From Minisyncoccota bacterium (GTDB lineage: Bacteria; Patescibacteriota; Minisyncoccia; Phycocordibacterales; UBA9973), in the NCBI GenBank assembly GCA_036517375.1, contig DATDWM010000021.1, forward strand, positions 1 to 48,253: 48,253 nucleotides of DNA, read 5' to 3'. Position 1 is the first letter of the stretch, and the number at the start of each line of letters is the position of its first letter. The position numbers were made by a program, and so were the translations under genes. Positions 1 through 8,918 of this stretch are shown in pieces. The notes under the pieces were generated by a model. That model made no database searches and had not been told where the DNA came from. It saw only the letters and a program-made list of their open reading frames with translations.

Positions 1-1
1 A

Positions 2-2089
2 GGCAAGACGGCGGTAGTGGAAGGGCTTGCTTCCAGAATTTCGAAAGGCAATGTGCCAGAATCCCTAAAAGACAAAGAGCTTGTTTCCCTCGATTTAGGT
101 ATGCTGATTGCTGGTACAAAGTATCGGGGAGAATTCGAGGAGAGGCTAAAAGGTATCATGAAAGAAATAGAACGCTCTGATGGGAAAATAATTTTATTTA
201 TCGACGAAATACATACCATCGTAGGAGCAGGAGGCGCTGAAGGAACTATGGATGCGTCAAATATGTTGAAGCCGGCGCTCTCTCGTGGGGAGTTGCGGGC
301 TATTGGCGCCACGACTTTGCGGGAATATCAGAAGCATATTGAGAAAGATCCTGCTTTAGCGAGGAGGTTCCAACCAGTGTACATTGATGAGCCATCTGTT
401 GACGATGCAGTGGCAATATTGCGGGGGCTTAAAGAACGATACGAATTATTCCACGGAGTAAGAATCACAGACGATGCCATCGTGTCCGCGGTAAACTTCT
501 CAGCTAGATACATCACCAACAGGTTCTTGCCAGATAAAGCGGTGGACTTAATAGATGAAGCTTCAAGTTCGCTTAAAATAATGCTTGAGAATAAACCGCC
601 AGTGCTTGAAGAAGCGCATGGTAAGATCATGCGATTTGAGATAGAGAAGGAAGCACTTAAGAAAGAAGTGGTGGCTCTGTCTGGTGATAAACAGAAGGCA
701 AAAGAAAAAAACAGCGACATCAAGAACAGAATTAGAGAAATAGACAAAGAAATAGGGAACCTGTATGAGAAGACCAAGGAGCTTGAGCTCAAATGGCAAA
801 ATGAAAAGAGTACGGTGCTAGAAATTCGCCAGATTAAAAAGGATCTGGAAGTCTTGCGTCTAGAAGCAGAAAATGCGGAAATGAAGTCAGACCTCTCTCG
901 AGCGGCGGAAATCCGTTATGGTAAAATTCCTGCGCTCAAGAAGGAGCTGGAGGTAAAACTTACTCGATTAAAAAAATTACAAAAGTCCCGCCGCATACTT
1001 AAAGAAGAAATTACTGCAGAAGACATAGCGGAAGTGGTAGCGCGCTGGACCGGTATACCGCTCTCGAAGATGCTAGAAGAAGAACGCGCCAAGCTCGAGC
1101 GTATGGAACAGGAACTCAAGAAGCGTGTCATCGGCCAAGATGATGCTATTAGGCGTGTGGCGGATGTCATACGCCGTTCTCGGGCTGGAATATCAGACCC
1201 AAACAGGCCAATAGGATCATTTATTTTCTTGGGTCCGACGGGAGTGGGCAAGACGGAGCTTACTAAGGCTCTAGGGCAATTCATGTTCAATGATGACCGC
1301 GCAATAATCCGGGTAGATATGTCTGAATACATGGAGCGTCATTCAATATCTAAACTCATCGGTTCACCTCCAGGCTATGTGGGTTACGATGAATCCGGAC
1401 AGCTCACCGAGGCGGTACGTCATAGGCCTTATGCCGTGATACTTTTCGACGAAATAGAAAAGGCGCATCCGGAAGTTTTCAACATGCTTCTACAAGTCAT
1501 TGATGAAGGACGTCTTACGGATGGCAAGGGGCGAATTGTGAATTTTAAAAATACAATAATTATTCTAACTTCAAACATCGGTTCTCAATTCATAGAGAAG
1601 ATGGAGTCTATTGGATTTTCTAATAATTCTGAAAAGCAGGATTACAATCAAACGAAAGAAAAGATTATGGAGGCTCTTAAGGATAATTTCCGTCCAGAAT
1701 TCTTAAATCGCATTGATGAAACTATTGTCTTCGATATTCTATCCGAGTCTGCAATTCGGGAAATAGTTAACTTGCGAGTGCAAGTTGTAAAAGACCGCCT
1801 CACCGCCAAGGGTATAGAATTCAAGATTTCTGACGAAGCTCTAGCATATCTATCGCGCGGGGGATACGATCCGCATTATGGAGCAAGACCTCTTAATAGA
1901 TTGATTCAAAATAAAATTCTAAATCCAGTAGCCTCGTACATTATTTCAAATGGAGTGAAGAAAGGAGATACAGTGGCTGTGTCTGTAAAGGCTGGTGAGC
2001 TATTAATCGAAACTCAAAAAGGCCACGCCGGAGGACGGGCAAGCAAAATCAAAAGCAATATTCGTACCCGACCTCGTTCATCGGTGTAA
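2..2089 (+). CDS. clpB: ClpB-type AAA+ disaggregase (Hsp100), 5' end outside window
   Basis: Frame runs from the window edge ([10 protein letters not shown]...). Long coiled-coil M-domain between two NBDs. NBD2 has Walker A GPTGVGKT and Walker [11 protein letters not shown]. Stop at 2087-2089. Confidence 0.93.
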   Translation, partial: GKTAVVEGLASRISKGNVPESLKDKELVSLDLGMLIAGTKYRGEFEERLKGIMKEIERSDGKIILFIDEIHTIVGAGGAEGTMDASNMLKPALSRGELRAIGATTLREYQKHIEKDPALARRFQPVYIDEPSVDDAVAILRGLKERYELFHGVRITDDAIVSAVNFSARYITNRFLPDKAVDLIDEASSSLKIMLENKPPVLEEAHGKIMRFEIEKEALKKEVVALSGDKQKAKEKNSDIKNRIREIDKEIGNLYEKTKELELKWQNEKSTVLEIRQIKKDLEVLRLEAENAEMKSDLSRAAEIRYGKIPALKKELEVKLTRLKKLQKSRRILKEEITAEDIAEVVARWTGIPLSKMLEEERAKLERMEQELKKRVIGQDDAIRRVADVIRRSRAGISDPNRPIGSFIFLGPTGVGKTELTKALGQFMFNDDRAIIRVDMSEYMERHSISKLIGSPPGYVGYDESGQLTEAVRHRPYAVILFDEIEKAHPEVFNMLLQVIDEGRLTDGKGRIVNFKNTIIILTSNIGSQFIEKMESIGFSNNSEKQDYNQTKEKIMEALKDNFRPEFLNRIDETIVFDILSESAIREIVNLRVQVVKDRLTAKGIEFKISDEALAYLSRGGYDPHYGARPLNRLIQNKILNPVASYIISNGVKKGDTVAVSVKAGELLIETQKGHAGGRASKIKSNIRTRPRSSV

Positions 2090-2110
2090 GTCATACTTTA
2101 AGTAATGTGT

Positions 2111-2140
2111 TACGTAATTAAATACGTACTAGTTTTTTTT
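2111..2140 (+). terminator. Weak intrinsic terminator candidate after clpB
   Basis: TACGTA(2111-2116)/TACGTA(2123-2128) form a 6-bp stem with a 6-nt loop. A T8 run follows at 2133-2140, 4 nt after the stem. Confidence 0.3.
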
Positions 2141-2225
2141 GGTGCGTCGAGTAGGATTCGAACCTACGAAGCCCGAAGGCAACACGTTTACAGCGTGTCG
2201 TATTTGACCACTCTACCATCGACGC
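2140..2225 (-). tRNA. tRNA-Tyr (anticodon GTA), class II, CCA encoded
   Basis: The reverse complement folds as a cloverleaf. Acceptor GCGTCGA/TCGACGC; 3-bp D stem; anticodon stem ACACG/CGTGT with loop CTGTAAA; 14-nt variable arm; T arm GTAGG-TTCGAAT-CCTAC; discriminator A plus CCA. Total 86 nt. Confidence 0.9.
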
Positions 2226-2281
2226 GTGCGTATAAAATACCACAAAAATTACTTTTGTGCATCTTTTAAGACCAACTTATA

Positions 2282-2827
2282 CTATGTAATCTTACAGTGA
2301 ACTACTTTTAAATTAGGGCACTTTGTTAAATCAACGTCCTCAATAAATCTAATTTTATCTTCAAAGTAAAAAACTTCCTCGTCTTTATTGTCGTTACAAA
2401 TCGTATAGATAAATTCTTTCTTACTGCCCGGCACTATATGGATTTCTTTAAACAGGGGAGTAATACCGCTGCGCGCCATTTTATCTTCCTGGAATTTTCT
2501 CTCTCCGTTAGTGATTATATAGCAATTATCCTTTCCAAATGTTTTTACTTTTTCGATTAATTCTATATTGATAAAATCTTTACACTTAGACATTATCTTT
2601 CCGTAAATTTCTTCTGTAGTAGTACCCCCTTTTTGTTCTGAGACACTTTGGCTTAGCAGGTTAGATATAAAATCTATTAAAGAAAATTCTTTCGTGCGGA
2701 CGGTCTCGTAGTATGCTTCTGCGTCGCTACGAGCCACACCAGCCTCTTCTAGGCAAGCGTACATGTATATCCTAAACTCTTTAGTGTTATTAAATAAGAC
2801 ATCATCAAAATCAAAAATATATTTCAT
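2282..2827 (-). CDS. HAD-superfamily hydrolase-like protein
   Basis: N-terminal motif I FDFDDVLF (DxDxV). Size 181 aa. No further specificity visible. Confidence 0.6.
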   Translation of the reverse strand: MKYIFDFDDVLFNNTKEFRIYMYACLEEAGVARSDAEAYYETVRTKEFSLIDFISNLLSQSVSEQKGGTTTEEIYGKIMSKCKDFINIELIEKVKTFGKDNCYIITNGERKFQEDKMARSGITPLFKEIHIVPGSKKEFIYTICNDNKDEEVFYFEDKIRFIEDVDLTKCPNLKVVHCKIT

Positions 2828-2858
2828 CTTAGTATTTTAATACAATTATTCATTTTTA

Positions 2859-3608
2859 TTAAAGAGTCTTCCAGAGGGAGTTAAAAATCAAGAGTTCTGT
2901 CTCGTAGATAGCTTTGTCCTCAATAATAAGACCGTGGGGAATGTTTTGTACTCCAACTGATATCTTTGCTACCTTGCCCGTGTATAGAAGTGTATAGGTG
3001 GGTGAACCATCTTTTTTTGATAACCATTTCCTCTCATCTTCACCTTGTACTTTTCCACCAGCGCCTATCGCGATAGTTCTGACGTGTATTTTTTTAGCGA
3101 TTCTTTTTTCAGTAAAGTCAGGGAAGGCGTCTTTATGATAAAGGTAGGGGCGAATTGATGAAGAAGAGTAGACGGAGTATTCCTTTTTAGGTGTCTTTAC
3201 TAAAGAGCTCAAGACATCTTCTAGAATAGTTCTTATCCCAGAATAATTTTCATAAAATTTAATTACTGGTTGATTGTTAGATACTTTTGAAAGGGAAGAG
3301 AGCTCAGAAATAATTTTTTGTAAATCATTTTCAGCTTCGCCGATTTCTTTCTTTTTCCTGGTAAGGATGTTCGACAGCACACTAGGGTTTTCTGCAACGA
3401 AATGCTGACGTTTGCCTTTGTGAAAGTAAGATACTAAACCATGGGATTGGAGCCTTTTTAGTAGCTCATAAGTTGTGCCTCTATTTATGCTAACCTTTTC
3501 TGCTATTTTTCTTATCGCAGTTGGGCCCATTGAAAGTAAAGCCAAGTAAATTTTGGTTTCTTTTTCCGATAGACCCATTTGCCCCAAGGTTTTGGCTAGA
3601 TTATCCAT
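2859..3608 (-). CDS. TrmB-family transcriptional regulator
   Basis: N-terminal winged HTH of TrmB type (LGLSEKETKIYLALLSMGPTAIRKIAEKVSINRGTTYELLKRLQSHGLVSY). On the minus strand TGtTATACT lies 6 nt before the ATG, which looks leaderless. Confidence 0.8.
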   Translation of the reverse strand: MDNLAKTLGQMGLSEKETKIYLALLSMGPTAIRKIAEKVSINRGTTYELLKRLQSHGLVSYFHKGKRQHFVAENPSVLSNILTRKKKEIGEAENDLQKIISELSSLSKVSNNQPVIKFYENYSGIRTILEDVLSSLVKTPKKEYSVYSSSSIRPYLYHKDAFPDFTEKRIAKKIHVRTIAIGAGGKVQGEDERKWLSKKDGSPTYTLLYTGKVAKISVGVQNIPHGLIIEDKAIYETELLIFNSLWKTL

Positions 3609-3623
3609 ACATAAAGTATAACA

Positions 3624-3644
3624 TTGTCACAATATAATTGACAA
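3624..3644. promoter_or_regulatory. Operator candidate 1: TTGTCA-N9-TGACAA
   Basis: Inverted hexamers at 3624-3629 and 3639-3644. The site lies between the -35-like and -10 elements of the minus-strand TrmB promoter. Confidence 0.55.
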
Positions 3645-3674
3645 GTAGTAAAATCTCTTCAGTAATGATGAATA

Positions 3675-3695
3675 TTGTCAATTTTAAATTGACAA
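3675..3695. promoter_or_regulatory. Operator candidate 2: perfect 21-bp palindrome TTGTCAATTT-T-AAATTGACAA
   Basis: 10-bp perfect arms, with the same TTGTCA-N9-TGACAA architecture as site 1. The centres are 51 bp apart. The right arm contains the TTGACA -35 of the plus-strand promoter. Confidence 0.6.
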
Positions 3696-3716
3696 ATAAA
3701 TGATATTTAATACAAT
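3689..3716 (+). promoter_or_regulatory. Sigma70-like promoter TTGACA-N16-TACAAT driving the 3798 ORF
   Basis: TTGACA at 3689-3694 and TACAAT at 3711-3716. Predicts a ~75-nt 5' UTR ending in AAGGAG. Confidence 0.55.
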
Positions 3717-3797
3717 CTAAGAGAGTTCACGAGTTCCTTCTAGGGTGTTAAGGGTAATACCCCCTGATGGTTCTCGCTTTGCAATAAGGAGCACACC

Positions 3798-4127
3798 ATG
3801 TGGCAAGAGTTACCTGAGACGAAGCAGATTCTGGAATACGTGCTCCGGGTTCGCAAGGAGCACGCAAAAGGCTTGGAGTGTGAGGATTTCGGCGAGATGG
3901 GGCAGTTCGTGAATTTCGACCTCGTCCGCTCTCCGGAGTTCACGGGTCCATGGGCGAAGCTCGCGGATCAGGAGTTCCGAGAGAGGGCCAGCTCTTACGT
4001 GCGGGACGAAGTTGCCCACCACGAAAGAGTTCAGCAACGGGCTCAGACTGCCCAGCTCTACCGATTGAAGGGTCGTCCAGCATTTCGCGACGACATTCTT
4101 CAGACGAGACGGCGGGATACAAAATAA
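3798..4127 (+). CDS. Hypothetical 109-aa protein on GC-rich island 1
   Basis: AAGGAG lies 6 nt upstream of the ATG. Codons are G/C-ending biased. A strong terminator follows. No family recognised. Confidence 0.6.
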   Translation: MWQELPETKQILEYVLRVRKEHAKGLECEDFGEMGQFVNFDLVRSPEFTGPWAKLADQEFRERASSYVRDEVAHHERVQQRAQTAQLYRLKGRPAFRDDILQTRRRDTK

Positions 4128-4142
4128 ACCCGCACATCTATG

Positions 4143-4183
4143 CACGCGCTTGGGACCCCGGTCCTTGGCGCGTGTTTCTCTTT
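4143..4183 (+). terminator. GC-rich intrinsic terminator of island 1
   Basis: CACGCGC...GCGCGTG outer stem plus GGACC/GGTCC inner stem (4143-4174), then TTTCTCTTT. Confidence 0.7.
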
Positions 4184-4204
4184 CATTTAAATTTTTTATT
4201 TGTA

Positions 4205-4213
4205 TGCTACAAT
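4205..4213 (+). promoter_or_regulatory. Extended -10 (TGcTACAAT), 7 nt before ATG 4221
   Basis: TGcTACAAT followed by AATTCCC, then ATG. Leaderless geometry. Confidence 0.5.
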
Positions 4214-4220
4214 AATTCCC

Positions 4221-4439
4221 ATGTTTCAAAATTTTTTTATTAGAAAGATGCTTCGGACTCAGGGTGTGCCACCGGCGCAGATAGAGATGTTCGTAAATAT
4301 GATTGAAAAGAATCCCGAACTTTTCAAAACTATTGCCTCGGAGATAGAGGTTAAGGTAAAGGCGGGCCTTAGTCAGACGGACGCCAGCATGCTAGTTATG
4401 AAGAAATACGAGCAGGAACTGAAGAAATTGGGGGCTTAA
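4221..4439 (+). CDS. Hypothetical small helical protein (72 aa)
   Basis: Start chosen at MFQNFF because of the upstream -10 box; the ORF track starts it at 4200. No family recognised. Confidence 0.5.
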   Translation: MFQNFFIRKMLRTQGVPPAQIEMFVNMIEKNPELFKTIASEIEVKVKAGLSQTDASMLVMKKYEQELKKLGA

Positions 4440-4484
4440 TTGGTGTTTTTATAAAAGGTGTGTTATTATAATTAGGTTAACTTC

Positions 4485-4507
4485 AAAGCCCTCGGGCTTT
4501 TTTATTT
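4485..4507 (+). terminator. Intrinsic terminator
   Basis: AAAGCC-CTCG-GGCTTT stem followed by a T run. It directly abuts the typA ATG. Confidence 0.65.
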
Positions 4508-6313
4508 ATGGAAATCAGAAATATCGCAATCATAGCTCACGTGGACCACGGCAAGACTACCCTGACCGATGCTTTAATGAAGCAAAATGGTGGACTTCAA
4601 GACGAGGGAATATCCATGGACTCCAACGCTCTAGAAAAAGAGCGCGGTATTACTATTTATTCTAAAAACACATCAATCTATTATAAAGATACCAAGATCA
4701 ACATTGTGGACACCCCAGGCCACGCGGATTTCGGCGGGGAAGTGGAGCGAGTCTTGCGCGCTATCGACTGTGTGCTCCTCCTAGTGGACGCAGTGGAAGG
4801 ACCTATGCCTCAGACAAGGTTTGTTTTGAAAAAATCCTTAGAACTAGGACTCAAGCCTATTGTGGTAATAAATAAAATAGACAAGCCAGCTTCAGACCCG
4901 AACCGGGTGCATGATGAAATCTTAGAATTATTTTTTGAATTAGGCGCCAATGATGACCAGGCTAACTTCGAAACAATCTTTGCAATAGGTCGCGAAGGTA
5001 AAGCGTTTAAGAAAATAGGGGATAATTCTACTGACCTCTCACCACTCCTTGACCTAATCATGGAAAAAGTTGCCCCTGCATCAGTAGATTCAGATGAAAA
5101 AATGTCTGCGCAGGTTTTCAACTTAGGTTATGACAATTTCCTAGGCCGTATGGCGGTAGCCCGAATATATTCTGGGTTTATCTCTTCTCCTGGTCCGGTA
5201 TATGTGAAAGGGGTGAATGGTAGCAGGCAGGCCAAGATTACAAAATTATTTACCTTTGAAGGAATAAGTAGAAAGGAAGTTACCCGTGCCGAGTCCGGAG
5301 ACATCGTACTTCTAGCCGGTATTCCGGATATATACATCGGGGAGACTTTGTGTCTCGACGAGAGTGTGGAGCCACTTCCAGCCATTGCTATTGACGAGCC
5401 GACACTGTCTTTAAACTTTTTAGTTAACGATTCTCCATTTGCGGGTCAAGAAGGAAAGTTCGTTACCTCACGACAGATCAAAGAGCGACTAGAAAAGGAG
5501 CTCGAGATCAATGTGGGATTGCGGGTAGACTTTTCTCCCAACCAAGGTGAAAAGCAGTCCGGTCCATCTTTCTTTAAAGTGTACGGACGAGGTGAATTAC
5601 ATGTGGCGATACTGCTCGAGAACATGCGTCGGGAAGGATTTGAAATGCAGGTCTCTCAGCCGGAAGTTATTATCAAGGATATTGACGGAGTAAAGTCTGA
5701 GCCATACGAAGAGTTAGTGATGGACGTGCCGATGGAGTTTTCGGGCGCAGTAATTGAAAAAATAAATAAGCGCCGAGGCCTTATGAAAGACATGGTGGAG
5801 AAGCAGGGCATTGCTCGCGTGATTTTCGATATTCCTACTCGTGGACTTTTGGGTTATAGAGGGGAGTTTGTAATAGATACGAAAGGGGAAGGGATAATGT
5901 CTTCCCGAGTTTTAGGCTTTCGGGAGTATGCCGGGGAAATTAAGAAACGAGAGTACGGATCTATGGTTTCTATGACGAGTGGTAAGGCTGTAGCCTTCGC
6001 CCTTGCAAATTTACAGGAACGTGGTATACTATATGTAGAGCATGGAAGTCAACTTTATGAAGGTATGGTGGTGGGTAATGTGTTGAAAGGTGAAGACATG
6101 TCAGTTAATCCGACAAAAGGTAAACAGCTTACCAACATGCGGGCATCTGGTACTGATGAAGCAATTTACTTAAATCCTCCTTTTACCCTCAGCATTGAGC
6201 GAGGCCTCGAGGTTATGAATGCGGATGAATATCTAGAAATCACTCCCAAGTCAGTCCGACTTCGCAAGAAATATCTAACGGAGTTAGATCGAACTCGCGC
6301 GCTTCGGAAGTAA
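4508..6313 (+). CDS. typA: Translational GTPase TypA/BipA
   Basis: G1 [10 protein letters not shown]3 DTPGH, G4 NKID. Size 601 aa with an EF-G-like domain order typical of BipA. Confidence 0.92.
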   Translation: MEIRNIAIIAHVDHGKTTLTDALMKQNGGLQDEGISMDSNALEKERGITIYSKNTSIYYKDTKINIVDTPGHADFGGEVERVLRAIDCVLLLVDAVEGPMPQTRFVLKKSLELGLKPIVVINKIDKPASDPNRVHDEILELFFELGANDDQANFETIFAIGREGKAFKKIGDNSTDLSPLLDLIMEKVAPASVDSDEKMSAQVFNLGYDNFLGRMAVARIYSGFISSPGPVYVKGVNGSRQAKITKLFTFEGISRKEVTRAESGDIVLLAGIPDIYIGETLCLDESVEPLPAIAIDEPTLSLNFLVNDSPFAGQEGKFVTSRQIKERLEKELEINVGLRVDFSPNQGEKQSGPSFFKVYGRGELHVAILLENMRREGFEMQVSQPEVIIKDIDGVKSEPYEELVMDVPMEFSGAVIEKINKRRGLMKDMVEKQGIARVIFDIPTRGLLGYRGEFVIDTKGEGIMSSRVLGFREYAGEIKKREYGSMVSMTSGKAVAFALANLQERGILYVEHGSQLYEGMVVGNVLKGEDMSVNPTKGKQLTNMRASGTDEAIYLNPPFTLSIERGLEVMNADEYLEITPKSVRLRKKYLTELDRTRALRK

Positions 6314-6348
6314 GAATAATAAATAAGTGCCTAAGAGGATGTGAAAGT

Positions 6349-6376
6349 TTGACAGCAATTTAAATGTATGTATAAT
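6349..6376 (+). promoter_or_regulatory. Consensus sigma70 promoter TTGACA-N16-TATAAT
   Basis: TTGACA at 6349-6354 and TATAAT at 6371-6376, upstream of the 6419 ORF. Confidence 0.6.
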
Positions 6377-6418
6377 TAAAAGTAGGAAAAGTTTCAAAGA
6401 GACATAGTAAAAAATTTT

Positions 6419-7447
6419 ATGGCGACAATATCTTTCAAACCAAAACAAGTTACTAAAAGAATTACTTCACATTTACATGACCGCGCTAGCGACGTCATAA
6501 TGAATCGTTTTGGTTTGACCGCTGACGGAGAAAAAAAGACTCTTGAAGAAATTGGTAAAAAATATGGCATCACTCGAGAGCGCGTTCGTCAGGTTGAAGA
6601 GGCAGCCCTCACTCTCATTAAGAAATCCGCAGCTTACAAGGCGGAACAAGCTGTTTTTGAAGAATTAAGGCAGGTAATGCACTCCTTGGGATCAATAGTG
6701 GCGGAACACGAGCTCCTACCTCATATTTCTAAAGACAAAACAATTCAAAACCATATTCACTTCTATCTAACTCTGGGTGACTTTTTCAAAAAGCATCGTG
6801 AAGATGATCATTTTCATTCCCGCTGGAGTGTGGATGACGCGTTGGCTTCCAAGGTTCATGACTCTTTGAAGAAACTTTACTCAACGCTCAAGGATGAAGA
6901 TCTTATTCCAGAAACTGAGATGATTAAAAGATTTTTCGATCAGATGAAAGACGTAGCGGATCACTATCAAACTGAAGAAATAGCCAAGAGATGGCTCGCT
7001 ATGTCTAAAAATATTAAGAAGAATCCTCTGGGTGAATGGGGTAAGGCAAGCTCACCCAACATTCGCACTCACGGCATAAAAGATTATGCTTATTTAGTGA
7101 TGAGGAAGCACGGAACCCCACTACACTTCCGAGAAGTAGCCGATGCTATTTCTAAGACTTTTAGCAAAAAGACTCATTATGCGACTTGCCACAATGAACT
7201 TATTAAAGACTCTAGGTTTGTACTCGTGGGCCGAGGTATGTATGCTTTAGCTGAATGGGGCTATACCAAGGGCACTGCGCGTGAAGTTATAACTGATATT
7301 CTAAAGAAAGAAGGACCGATGTCTAAAGAAGACGTTATAACCAAGGTTATGAAAGAAAGATATTTCAAAAAGAATACTATTCTAGTAAACCTTGTAAATC
7401 CCAAGCACTTCAGGAAAAATAAAAACGGTCTCTACGATCTAGCCTAA
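6419..7447 (+). CDS. Sigma-70 region-4-like HTH protein with C-terminal HARE-HTH-like domains
   Basis: LEEIGKKYGITRERVRQVEEAAL is a region 4.2-type HTH. The later segment KDYAYLVMRKHGTPLHFREVADAI...RFVLVGRGMYALAEWG resembles the delta-subunit/HARE-HTH fold. Confidence 0.6.
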   Translation: MATISFKPKQVTKRITSHLHDRASDVIMNRFGLTADGEKKTLEEIGKKYGITRERVRQVEEAALTLIKKSAAYKAEQAVFEELRQVMHSLGSIVAEHELLPHISKDKTIQNHIHFYLTLGDFFKKHREDDHFHSRWSVDDALASKVHDSLKKLYSTLKDEDLIPETEMIKRFFDQMKDVADHYQTEEIAKRWLAMSKNIKKNPLGEWGKASSPNIRTHGIKDYAYLVMRKHGTPLHFREVADAISKTFSKKTHYATCHNELIKDSRFVLVGRGMYALAEWGYTKGTAREVITDILKKEGPMSKEDVITKVMKERYFKKNTILVNLVNPKHFRKNKNGLYDLA

Positions 7448-7449
7448 TA

Positions 7450-7479
7450 TCTAAACTCGCGTTTAGACTTGTTTTATAT
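7450..7479 (+). terminator. Intrinsic terminator candidate
   Basis: TCTAAAC-TCGC-GTTTAGA 7-bp stem followed by CTTGTTTTA. Confidence 0.5.
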
Positions 7480-7491
7480 TAAAATATAGCC

Positions 7492-8916
7492 ATGGCTGAT
7501 CATGACGAAGGCGGTAGTCCTAGCGTTCTAGGAATATTCGAAATAGTAATCCTCTTGTTAGTGGCTTTTTTTGTCGTTACTTTATTTGTGCCTGACTTTG
7601 GGATAAATAGTATCGGTACCCCGGACTCCATTATTTTATTTTTTTATAAAATATTCTTAGCGGTGCTACCTTTCGTGGTTACAGCTTTTTTAGGCTACAT
7701 TGCTTTCAAGATTTGGCTGCATTATATTCAGCAGGATTTTATTTCCGGAATTGATTTTGTCTTGCTTGAGATTATTCCTCCGCGAGAGGTTGCGCGGTCT
7801 CCTAAAGCCATGGAGCTTTTTATTTCGAATGCGCTTTATCATTTTAGTAACAAAGGTGGACGTGAAGAATACTGGCAGGGTGCCGTCTGGCTGTGGTTTT
7901 CACTTGAAATAGTGTCTATCGAGGGGCAAGTGCATTTCTATATTCGTACACCTTCGCGTATTCGGGGACTCATTGAGACGCAAATGTATGCGCAATATCC
8001 ACAGGCTCAGGTGCGCGAGGTAGAGGACTACACGTTAGCAGTGGACGAAATTTCTCAAAGGAGTACTTGGAAAGCCTGGGGCTGTGAGTTCGGCTTACTT
8101 AGGCCAGAAGCATATCCACTTAAGACCTATGTGGATTTCGGGCTCGATAAAGACCCTGACGAAGAATTTAAAGTTGACCCGATATCTCCCATCATAGAAC
8201 TTTTCGGTTCGATCCAAAAAGGAGAACAAGCCTGGCTACAGTTTGTCATCACACCTTCCAAGAAAATGTATCATACTCATGGAACGTGGTTTGAAAAGCA
8301 CGACTGGGTAGATGAAGCTAGGAATACTTTGTTTAAGTTGGTTAAAGATTTTACAAGCGTAAAAGGTAAAGGTAGTACACTTGGCACGGATGCGCGAATC
8401 GAAATTCGTATTCCAGCATTTCTGGATCGAGCGACAAAGGCCATGAGTGCTAAGACTTCTAAGCTTGGCTTTGAAACAGGGATTAGGCTAATGTACGTAG
8501 CAAAGAAGGAAGCATTTAATATGAACACCAGAAGAGATGTGCGTCTTATTTTCCGACAATACACAGCGCCGGATGTGAATGGTTTAAATCGTATAAACTC
8601 TACACAAGGAGATGCCTACAGCGGAATATTTTCTGCTTCCGAAAAAACAGTCACTATGTTAGCACAGAGAATGCTTACAGAATACAGAGAGCGTTCCTTT
8701 TTCCATGAACCTCTACGCCAGCGTCTTTTTTCCAAAGCTATCATTCCTTGGCCTTTATCTGGTATTGTTGGAGCATATTTTCATACTCATACTTTCGTCT
8801 TAAACACAGAAGAGCTGGCTACTCTTTGGCACTTTCCGGGCCAGATACTTAAAGTTCCTACCCTGGAGCGTATTGAATCTAAAGAAGCCTCCCCGCCTAC
8901 TAACTTACCGATATAA
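7492..8916 (+). CDS. Membrane protein (2 N-terminal TM helices plus a large soluble domain), unknown function
   Basis: TAAAAT lies 6 nt before the ATG. Two hydrophobic helices are followed by LLEIIPPREVARSPKAMELF...FSLEIVSIEGQVHFYIRTP...YAQYPQAQV. Confidence 0.6.
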   Translation: MADHDEGGSPSVLGIFEIVILLLVAFFVVTLFVPDFGINSIGTPDSIILFFYKIFLAVLPFVVTAFLGYIAFKIWLHYIQQDFISGIDFVLLEIIPPREVARSPKAMELFISNALYHFSNKGGREEYWQGAVWLWFSLEIVSIEGQVHFYIRTPSRIRGLIETQMYAQYPQAQVREVEDYTLAVDEISQRSTWKAWGCEFGLLRPEAYPLKTYVDFGLDKDPDEEFKVDPISPIIELFGSIQKGEQAWLQFVITPSKKMYHTHGTWFEKHDWVDEARNTLFKLVKDFTSVKGKGSTLGTDARIEIRIPAFLDRATKAMSAKTSKLGFETGIRLMYVAKKEAFNMNTRRDVRLIFRQYTAPDVNGLNRINSTQGDAYSGIFSASEKTVTMLAQRMLTEYRERSFFHEPLRQRLFSKAIIPWPLSGIVGAYFHTHTFVLNTEELATLWHFPGQILKVPTLERIESKEASPPTNLPI

Positions 8917-8918
8917 TT

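Noticed and set aside
328-1332. Minus-strand ORFs 328-792, 563-799 and 916-1332 inside clpB
   Set aside because: They are antisense to a strongly recognisable ClpB frame. Their composition is low-complexity and S/L/R-rich, with no start context. Typical shadow ORFs.
3720-4183. GC-rich islands as structured ncRNAs (RNase P RNA, tmRNA, SRP RNA, 6S) rather than genes
   Set aside because: By eye I found none of the conserved strings I know for these RNAs on either strand: the RNase P GGAAAGTCCGG-type P4 sequence, the tmRNA tRNA-like end plus tag ORF, or the SRP GGAAGCAGCC-type motif. The islands show codon-position G/C bias and SD + start geometry, and one encodes a known protein domain. An RNA role for the UTR hairpins is not excluded.
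3740-4243. Alternative ORFs on island 1 (3740-3943 -, 3810-4229 -, 3940-4137 -, 3950-4243 +)
   Set aside because: GC-rich DNA keeps several frames open. Only 3798-4127 (+) has an SD at correct spacing, a G/C-ending codon bias and a downstream terminator. The others read like antisense or out-of-frame products rich in R, L and S.
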